Assembly: GCA_043228905.1 (NCBI GenBank)
Contig: JBHGNT010000015.1
Location: forward strand, 1,674,001 to 1,738,000
DNA: 64,000 bases
DNA from: Azolla caroliniana
Lineage: Eukaryota; Plantae; Polypodiophyta
Direction of reading: 5' to 3'
Part shown: piece after piece, positions 40,701-50,861 of the stretch
Layout: each line of letters begins with the position of its first letter
Numbering within the stretch: the first letter of the stretch is position 1
Notes under the pieces: generated by a model
Seen by the model: the letters and a program-made list of their open reading frames with translations, nothing else
What the model was told of the DNA's origin: nothing
The model's database searches: none
Translations under genes and position numbers: made by a program

Positions 40701-42281
40701 AAAAAAGCCTATTATGTCTTGGCACATTGTAACATAAAACAATATCGTTGACCTTCAAAACTACCCCACCATGTAATGAAAATGATGTATCAACTACTCA
40801 CAATCATGGGAAGAACAAGAAAGTGTATCGTATCATGAAGAGAACTTGAACCCTAGATAAATGCGACATGATATATGTTCAAATGCTAACATCTTAACAA
40901 AATCAATGGACATTATTGGCATGACTATATACGAGTGGTACAACACTTAGTTCTAACTCATTTGTTTGCAGTCCTTGGCACAACCTTCAACTAAGTGTGG
41001 TTATACATTGATATTTTGTTTAACATTGTGAAATATATTGTGATAATTTTGAGATTGGAATGGAAACAATTGTCACGTGAAGTGACTTTAGGTTAAACCA
41101 AACAACCTTTCCATAACATTTCAAGAAAATAAAGGTTGCCAGCTAGTCATGGAGGTCACTAACCTCTCCATGTTATTCAATGTAATGCATGTGGGTTTAT
41201 TGCAACATTGCCTTATATTGACTCTATATTTTTCAATACATCGATATGTGAAATATTTTTTCCATTTCAATATGAGAATTTATTTTCCTTCCATGTGGCT
41301 CAAAGTTTAAACAATGAATTTGATGCAAGGCATGAGTCAATACATCTCCATTTTTTATTTTTTTCTCAAAATGAAGCTACTTTCCCATTAGTTAGGAAGG
41401 ATTATTACATAGAGAGTCTACAAGGAGACTTATACACACATCGGGGAGTCTTCTTCCGATCAAGTAAAAGAAGATGAGCCTACTTACAATGCCTTGCGGC
41501 CTAACTTAATGTAAGAAGCTACCTATATCCAAGGCGATGCCCTTCAATGTTGCCTACTACAAGTCGGCTCTTGGGGCCTACAACGAAGAGAGGGTGGCAG
41601 GTGAGTAGGAAACAACCAACGTGGGGGCTGGTAGTTCCACCTCGGGCCACTCCTGCCTTGCATCACCATAGGTGTGTTCCGCCATTTCTACCAAAAGCGC
41701 AAACAATTTACTTCGTATGGAGAAGAAATATAATGGAGTACAACGAATGGATTGATTCATAGTTAGGTTCACAAAACAATTATATATTCATGTCTTGTTA
41801 GGATGTGTGATATCATTCATAAATTTAGGTGTTGTCATAAGGATGGCGAGATACTTTGATTAAAATAATCGATGATCTCAATATTGGGGATACTTCATAG
41901 ATTCTAACATGAAACATTACATTAATAACTCTCAAGACTATCCCACACGAAAATAGATGAAAACATACTTATTTATACATGAACATGAAAGATGCATGTT
42001 TTTGATAATCCATTCTCCATTTGATTTAATTGGTTTTTCTGTTTAAATCCAATCACACAATGAAACGTAGAGATATATGCATGTGAAACAACATTGATTA
42101 AGATGCCATGGTCAACTTCTTGTTGCTAGACTAAATGGGTGACTTGAGTTTGTTACATTGGTGTGATGAAACAACTATGTAAGAGATTTAGTTATCAAAG
42201 GTCACTTACATTTCAAAAGGCTACAATCCTAAGTGTGAATCATCCATCTACTTATTAAGAAATTTGATATCACTTATCCTT

Positions 42282-43313
42282 TTTTATTTTAAAGAAGGTT
42301 CACCTTGGTATTAATGGAAAGATGCCGAAACACTACAACGAGTTCATACAATATATTACAACCCTCATATCCACATCAAAAGCCCTCATGAAGGTTGTTC
42401 CAAGATGGGGGGTGGAAAAAGCCATCTTGGTGGAGCATATCTCCACTTTATTCTTTCTCCAAAAGAGACGAAGACCTCAACGTTTTTCCAAATTTCTCTA
42501 AACTGTTGTCTCTAAATCACAACCTCAAGCTCACTAGTTATTGCATCATATTGACCTCTTAAAGTGTGTACAAGCATTAATCATACCTCTTTGACTAACT
42601 CAACTGCATTATGTTTAACTTTCGGAAATACACATTTACATCTAGCCTTCCACAATACCCAAATGACTGGAGAAGATATCGTAGACCAGACCATATCCTC
42701 TTCCAAACAACGGACTGATGTATTATCAAAGACCTCCAATACATGTTTTACATCGGAGAGGAGAAGGAAATCGCCATACTCCTTTTCATAGTTTTGAATT
42801 TCTTTAGCCAACCTTCCCCATCTCACAAAACCCCATGTGTACACCTGCCTACCATAAATAGGATATAACATTCTCAACATTCTTTTCCAAACTGCACTAG
42901 CAATAGCACATATCCATAAAACATGGTAAACCGATTCAATGGGAGAACCACAACTGTCACATTTAAAATCCTGACAATGTCCCTGCATCCATGACTTCAC
43001 AGGAATGCCATAATGTGTCAACAACCATCTAAATAACACAACCTTTTTAGGAATTTGCATGGCCCATAACCATTTCCAATAAGCATTCAACTAAGAATCA
43101 GTTACATTACCAAATCTCCAGACATTACAAGCTGCTGGTGTAACAGTCACACCTCTCCTTAGCATTTCTCTACCCATTTTTACTGAATACTGAAAAAATG
43201 GGATTTGCTTACCTAACATTCCTTGCGCTGATCTGATTTGCCATTTCCACTCACCAGGATCCCACAAAAGGCGATCAATGGGCTTAGTCTCATAGACCCA
43301 TAAATCAGAGAGA
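42282..43313 (-). mobile_element. 5'-truncated L1-type LINE (zf-RVT region of ORF2)
   Basis: ORF has WKWLW...PKKVVLFRW.L....IP...C.SCG...ESVYHVLW.C..A..VW and IWVLWKARC. A-rich 3' tail at ~42282-42290. 16-bp TSD GATATCACTTATCCTT at 42266-42281 and 43314-43329. Confidence 0.9.
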
Positions 43314-44761
43314 GATATCACTTATCCTTAAATCTATATTAAAAAAAAAACCTTACACGTGAAGAATATTGTACCTCACGCTTAGCATATATTATTAAGT
43401 AATTTCCAACTTCCTCCAACAAGGGGGCCATAGGAGATATTGCACACATTATGATATAGTCTTGCACAAGGCATAAACATTATGAGCAACCATGGAAATG
43501 GACGATAATTCAAACAATAGAGACATATATTTATATAAACATCTCAAACAAAAGAGCATGAAGATTAAAACCCCCATTCTGGGTGGGAATATATATATAA
43601 AGGTTAAGATATATGGACAACTTACGATGTCCATCTTAAGTGTTGTTGATGTTCTTATAAACGTTCAAGCTATATGATAGTTGCAATTAAGTTGAGGTGG
43701 TTGCAGAAGGAGTGAACCTAGCAAAACAAATTGGAGTTGCCAAACCCACGAAAGAATAATGATGTTGAGCATCCTTATTGCCGCATGTGTCACTTCAATG
43801 GCACCATCAATTGTTGTTTTAAATATGAAGGTTTGAAGCATGATTAATGCAATGATTTAAGACACGGACAAAAATAATATTGTAGATAGAGGCTTGACGT
43901 TTGCAATACGTTGAGGCAATTATGAACATAAATGATCATTGCTATACATGAAAATGATATCGGAAGTGTCGAGATCCAAGATGGAGTCCTATGCTCATAT
44001 ATGAGAAAAGGTCACTAGCTAGTGTATGTGCCTAATGTTTGTATATTTGTGCACTCAATATTTTTATACAATTGAAGTGCATTGATAGTCAATCACACAA
44101 AGTGCCCATGCTATTACACTAAGCATTGGGTAAGTATGTGTATGTATGGGTTAAGATGTGCACAACTTATTCTTAAAACAACATAGTAAGTGCATAACCA
44201 CAAGCTGGAAACATTGCAATTATAAACCATTGTTTAAACTCTTAAGAATGTTTAGCTTTTATCTTGGGATATGCCATTTACGATGCAAACTTAATGAGCT
44301 GAATGTGTAAAACAAGTAAGACGTAATTGAACATGGATAAGTTAAAGAAATAAGTGTATATACATTAGTTAAAGAAATAAAGAAATAAAGAAATAAAGCT
44401 TAAAGCTTTGGCGTGTCAGAGTTGTTTTTTCAAGATATAATCATGAATATCCTGAAATAGAAAAGTAAAGGATGCATTTCACTTGAAATTATATTGAAAT
44501 GAATGGTTTAAGCATTAGTCAAGCAAATGTATTCAAGGTTTGAGATAGTTACCAACATTCCTCGAGAATAGTTGATATGGTAAAACATCAATTATATTAA
44601 TATCCTAGATTGACATGTAAATAATGAATATATAAAATATACGGTGAAATATGTGCCTTAACGAGATAACTTGGTTGTAAAAGATTACGTGTGCGAAAGC
44701 ATACGCGAGAGACAACGAGTACTCAATTGGTTATTGTCATAAACAGTACTCAATCGGTTAT

Positions 44762-45079
44762 TGTCATAAACAGGATGTCACATGGAATGTAAGGGGTTGA
44801 ACCCATGACCTCTTGATCTTATTGGGCAACCTTACCAGTTGAGCTACATCCATCAATATATTATTGTAACATATAAGATTCAACTTACTATATTCTAGAT
44901 TAATCACTAGAACTTTCAAGAAACATATAGAGAGTGCATGAAGATGCATTCTCTAGAAGTGTCCTAGGTTACATGCATACCTCAACATTCTTGTATAAAT
45001 ACTCGGGTGCACCTTGATTACAATCAAGGTGAACAACACCAGTTATGTAAGCATAATTTAGTTCTTGTTCTCTTGTCTA

Positions 45080-45118
<39 letters not shown>

Positions 45119-48100
45119 CTATGCCCTCTTAGTATTGAGCCTCGTCTACTCATCCGTGACAATCTCTATCCCTTTCTTGTTGTCTTGCTTATGCTGTCAC
45201 TCTCTCTTAGTATTTAGCCTCGTCTACTCGTCCGTGACAGTTTGTTCACCTTCCCATTTTCTAAGCCTTAGCATGTCGGATCTTACCGAGTGAATAAATC
45301 AATTCATGGAAGCCATGCATCAACTTCAACTTAAGAATGACAACCTTCGGGAATCGCTACGGAAGCTTCAAGTTGGAACACCGATGGAACTCGAAGAAAA
45401 AAACAACTCTCCTCCTGCATTAACAAATATTCTACCTGTAGAGCCTGGTCCCTCGTCCACTCTTTCTCCAACTCCTCTCCATCCCACTACAAGTATGGAG
45501 CCCAAGATTAGTTTACCCGACAAGTTCGATGGCACAAGGAAGCACTTATGAGGGTTCATAAATCAGATCAAGCTTATTATCCAACTATAGCCCTAACGGT
45601 ATGCGGATGATTTTCGTCAAGTTGGTCTCATTAGGACCCTTCTGTCAGAAGCTGTACGAGCCTGGTTCGCACCGTTGGTCAAAACTTCATCATCACTTCT
45701 ACAAAATTTTCCTGCCTTTATGGCAGAGTTCGAGGCTACATTTGGGGATATGGAATGACGCCAAATTGCCATTACCAAACTCTATTCATTACATCAAGGT
45801 ATGCGTCTGGTATCCGTTTATGCCTCTAAATTTAGACAATTACCATGTAATGTTCAGTAACAATCGACAACGGTCCACGGTTTAACGGCTTAATGGTTTC
45901 AACGGTTCGGTTCAGGCTTAGGTTTTTTTAAACGGGTTGGTTTGGTTTCAACAGTAAAAAACCGTGGTTTAAACGGTTTAACGGTTTCTATTTTTTAATT
46001 TTTTAAAAAAAAATTCTAAAAAATTTTAAAATTTATTTTTTAACAATCTTTTCATTTTTACACCTTATTCTCACATTTTAGGAACATCTTAAAAATTTTA
46101 AAAATTCTAAATAATGAAATATTATAAATTTAAAAAAATTTAAAATTTGACCTATGTTGAAAACCGAAACCGAACCACAAAACCCAGTTTTTACGATTTA
46201 ATGGTTTAACGGTTTGGTTCAGGTTTCAAAAAATTTAAACGGTTCGGTTTGGACCCTCTCAAACCGAACCGAACCAAAACGTTGCCGATTGTTAATGTTC
46301 AGTGGGATGGCCAAGCGCTCTTCGACCATTTTCGTCAAGGCCTTCAAAGCAAGATTAAAAATTTACTACTCAATTTTCTGGAGCCTATGTCATTGTCGCA
46401 AGCCATCATGCAAGCAGTTAGTTGTGACAATCAATTGTTTGAGCTTCGTCAAGAGGAACGAGCAACTTCAAGGTGGAAACCCTCTTTGAGATATCCTCCA
46501 TTGTCATTGAGATCTCCTCCATCGTCATTGTCCAATGACCTCGTGCCGATGGAAATCGATCGAGCTCGTGCCCTACCGAGGCTGAAAGGAGGTATTGCCA
46601 ATCCAATGGACTATGTTTATATTGTGGTGCATCCACCCATCTAATTCATTTTTGCCCAATCAAGAATAATCAATGACAATGATCTACAAACAATACAACT
46701 AGACGGCCCCAACAACCGGAAAACGATGATGTCCAACTACTGTAGGAGCCATGTGGTTGGACAATCTGATCATAATTGGTTTGTCCTGACTGAAGGCACA
46801 AAATCCAATTGTCGATTGGTGCAACCACTCGATTAATTTCTCGTAAACCAGCTCGAAGGTGCAAGCAGTATCTCATGTTGCAACAACAATATGGCACAAA
46901 TCGGGTTCAGGCGCGCACCCTTCCATTAAAGCAGGAATCAGCTCCAAGGTGGATGTTCACACCCCAATCACAACGAGGAAAATAGTGCATAGTGCCTTTG
47001 AGTCGAGCAGTCCAATGAAGACAACTGCCTACTCACTACTGTCCAAGTATGAAGACTTTGGGGACATGTTTGAGAAAAAGAATTCAGATCGCTTGCCCGA
47101 GCGTCGACCCTATGACTGTCCCATCGATCGTCAAGAAGGTGCCAGTCCTCCCTTCGACCCAATTTATGGGTTGTCGGAACCAGAACTCCAGGCACTCCGA
47201 ACTTATCTCGATGAGAACCTTGAAAAGGGTTTTATTCAACCCTCAAAATCACCAACAAGAGCTCCTATTTTGTTCGTGAAAAAGAAAGATGGCTCCTTAC
47301 GCCTCTGCGTCGACTATCGGGGTCTAAACAAGATTATTGTTCGCAACCGGTACCCACTGCCTCTCATCCCAGGGCTGTTGGATCGACTCCGAACTGGGCG
47401 GATCTTCTCTAAGATTGACCTATGGGGAGCATACAATTTGGTACGGATCAAACTTGGAGATAAATGGAAAACCGCCTTTAGAAAGCGCTACGGTCATTTC
47501 GAGTATAAGGTAATGCCTTTCGGCCTCACAAATGCTCCTGTAGTATTTTAGCATATGATGAATGACATCTTCCAAGAATATATTGATCACGTTGTTGTGA
47601 TCTATCTGGATGATATCTTGGTCTTCTCTTCGAACATCAAGGAGCATACTCAACATGTCAGGTTCGTCCTCGCCAAACTTCGAGAGCATGGCCTCTATGC
47701 TAAAAATGAAAAATGTGAATCTGATCATACTTCTGTCGAGTTTCTTGGGTATGTCATCTCGACACAGGGAATCACAATGGACACACGGAAAGTCAAGACT
47801 ATTCAGTAGTGGGTTATCCCAACTCGGGTATGTGATGTGCAACCATTTCTTGGTTTTGCCAATTTTTATCTTCGTTTCATCAAAGGATTTTCAGTGATTG
47901 CACAACCTCTCATTGCTCTTACCCGCATGGATGCTACTTTCGAATGGACAACGGATGCACAAAAGGCATTCAACTTGCTGAAACAAGCCTTTACTACGAC
48001 ACCAACCCCTTTATATCCTGACCCCACTAAGCCTTTTCAAGTCGAAATGGATGCTTTTGAGTTCGCCATTGGGGCGATCCTCCCCTAGCGACTCGGTGTG

Positions 48101-48272
48101 CTTCACCCGATGGCTTACTACTCCCGTAAATTCACGGCCCCAGAAATCAACTACCCCATATATGACAAGAAGCTTCTCGCTATTATTGCTGCTTTCGAAG
48201 AATGGAAACCCTATTTGGCCGGGACGCAACACCGGATCCAAGTGGTTACCGATCATGAAAACCTAATATACT
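44762..48272 (+). mobile_element. Ty3/Gypsy chromovirus-type retrotransposon: 5' LTR (44762-45239), degenerate gag and pol (RT, RNase H)
   Basis: LTR TGTCA...GTGACA with TATA at ~44994. Gag EPKISLPDKFDG and PMEID; [40 protein letters not shown]; RNase H ...VVTDHENL. Stops and frameshifts present. Confidence 0.92.
45858..46294. mobile_element. hAT-superfamily MITE inserted in Gypsy gag
   Basis: TIRs TAACAATCGACAACG...CGTTGCCGATTGTTA. Perfect 8-bp TSD ATGTTCAG at 45850-45857 and 46295-46302. Removing it rejoins gag LPCNVQ/WDGQAL. Confidence 0.92.
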
Positions 48273-48569
48273 TGTCATAGAAATATGCCACAACACGGTG
48301 GAAGGTAGGGATTGAACCCAATACCTCTTGGTTTCCATTGGGCAACCCTACAAACTAAGCTACATTCATTTATACATCCTTGTATAAAATCCAACTCATG
48401 TATGGTAGATTGAACATTGGAAGTTCCTAGCTTGCATGCATCCTCATGGATTCTCTATTCCTAACTTGCATGCATCTTCGTGCATTCTTTATTCCTAGCT
48501 AGCATACATACCTCTACCTTCTTGTATAAATACTTAGGTGCACCTTGATTCTAATCAAGGTGAACAAAC
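48273..48569 (+). mobile_element. U3 portion of a second, diverged copy of the same Gypsy LTR
   Basis: Starts TGTCA and is colinear with 44762-45036, including CTTGTATAAATAC and GGTGCACCTTGATT..AATCAAGGTGAACAA. Confidence 0.85.
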
Positions 48570-50625
48570 TGTCACGGAGGAGGATAATAGAGTAGGAACA
48601 AGACGAGACTAAGAACTAGAAGAGAGAAAAGGAACAAGAACTTGACTTATGATTCCGTAACACGAGGCGAAGATCCGCGGCCGGCTTCTGTGGGTACCAT
48701 TGATGAAAATCATGAATGGCTTTGGGAGCATTTTGTAAATGTGTAACCACTTCCCACGTGGCATCCAAAATGGGGTAAGCTTTCCATAAGACCAAATATT
48801 GAAGTCGTCGTCGCCGCAAGCGGGAGTCAAGGATCTGGTCAACCTCGTACTCCCTTGTCGATAATTCCATGGGTGGTGGAGGAGGTTGTCATCTCGGATT
48901 TCGAGAAGGATGGTATACTTCAAGGAGAGAGATGTGGAAAACATTGTGAATCAGGATGCGGGTACGCCGTGTAGACGAACAACATTTTTCAGAAAAAGAT
49001 CCCCCATCTCCTCCCCCGAAATGGTTTTTGAGCATGGGACAAAGTGAACCATCTTCAAAAACCGATCGCCGATCACTAGCACCGTGTCATGGCCACCGAC
49101 GTGAGGGAGGTTGGTTATAAAGTCCATCGAGAGAGATGCCCATGGTTGACTGGGAAGCAGAAGCGGGTGGAGAAGACTGTATGGACGATGGTGAGCGGCT
49201 TTGGAGTGGGCACATACGTCACACGTTTGGATAAATTCTTTGACAAATTTCCAAGATTGGGGCCACCAAAACCCCTAAGATAGCAACTCTAGTGTTTTCG
49301 TGATCCCAAAGTGGCCGACATGAGGATCATTGTGGAAATTTTGTAGGACTCGAGTGCAACATGCTCCAATTGATACATAAAGGAGATGATTATGATAGAG
49401 TAGCCCATCCTAAGTTGTAAAGTGACTGAGATCTGAGCTTTGCATTCCTTGGGATGGGTCGTTGATGCGCGCCAGGATGTCGATAGCGAATGGATCTGAC
49501 ATGGTGGCCTGGGCGACTTCGTTGAGCAAGGAATCATCATGCATCATGTAGGTTGCGAACATTTGGAGTTGATCAGGTTGCAATAAACAATGTGATTGCT
49601 AAGAATACGCGTCGTCACCTAAGCGTAGCGCAAAATCTGGTTGTTGAGAGAGTGCATCTGTTTTCCCATGTTGAATGTCGGGTCAAAACAAGATTTCAAA
49701 GTCGTAGTCGGCTAGAAAAGATGACCAACGAGCTTGCCTCCGATTCAATGTACGACTGCTGGTGAAGTAGATGAGATTCTTGTGGTCGGTCAACACTTGG
49801 ATACGATGTTGGGCCCCAACAAGATAGGGTCGCCATTCGGCGAAGGTAGAGATGATAGCTGTAAGCTCCTTGTCGTAGACTGGAGAATTGATTTCCGGGG
49901 TTGTAAACTTCCGAGAGTAGAAGGCAACCGGATGTAGTGTGTCGTCGTTGTTTGGCTGGGACAAAACCACGCCAATGACGAAGTCGGATGCATCTGTTTC
50001 AACCTGGAAGGGTCTCTTGGGGTTTGGATGAACCAAGACTGGGCTGAGAGAAAAGCTGCTTTGAGGGTCTCAAAAGCATTTTGTGACGTGGGGTCCAGAG
50101 AAATGGAGTATCTTTTCAAGTAAGTTGGATAAGAGGTTGCACGAGGGAATAAAACCCATTTATAAATCTTCTATAGAAATCTGCGAAACCAAGAAATGAT
50201 TGTACCTCTTTCAAGTGAGTCGGGAGATGCTAATTGGTGATTGTCGCTACCTTGCGTTTATCCATTGTGATCCCTGTGGGTGAGATCATGTAACCCAAGA
50301 ATTCAACAGATGTTCAATCGAATTCGTATTTCTCACTTTTGGCGTAAAGCCCATATTCCTGAAGTTTGGTTAGAACTAGCCGGATGTGTTGTGTGTGCCC
50401 CTCTAAGTTGGAAGAAAAAACTAGGATGTCGTCAAGGTAGATTACCACGAAGTGATCGAGGTACTCTCGAAATATATTGTTCATCATGTGCTGGAAGACT
50501 ATTGGGGCATTGGTAAGGCCGAAAGGCATCACCTTGTACTCGAAATGCCCATAGCACGACCGAAAGGCCGTTTTTCACTCGTCCCCAGGATTGATGCGCA
50601 ACAGATTGTAGGCTCCCTGCATATG
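48570..50625 (-). mobile_element. Inverted Gypsy chromovirus fragment: RT, RNase H, partial integrase, chromodomain, R-U5
   Basis: [32 protein letters not shown]...LNRRQARWS and chromodomain EYEVDQILDSR...QYLVLWKAY...ATWE on the minus strand. 48570-48662 is the reverse complement of R-U5. Confidence 0.88.
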
Positions 50626-50631
50626 TCACCT

Positions 50632-50860
50632 CTGATCCTAGATTTTGTGCTATGCCCAGGTGACGACGCGTATTCCCAGCAATCACATTGTTTATTGCGG
50701 CCTAATCAACTCCAAATGTTCGCAACCTACATGTTGCATGATGATTCCTTGCTCAACGAAATTGCCCAGGCTACCATGTCAGACCCATTCGCTACCGACA
50801 TCCTTGCACGCATCAACGTCCCATCCCAAGGAATGCAAAGCTCGGATCGTAGTCACTTTA
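50632..50860 (+). mobile_element. Short plus-strand Gypsy pol fragment (RNase H-integrase linker), probable continuation of the 44762 element
   Basis: Encodes DFVLCPGDDAYSQQSHCLL...DPFATDIL and is homologous to the reverse complement of ~49430-49640. Confidence 0.7.
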
Positions 50861-50861
50861 A

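Noticed and set aside
44783-44853. Functional tRNA gene
   Set aside because: The anticodon arm and T-stem do not pair properly and it lies within an LTR. Reported only as a tRNA-like module.
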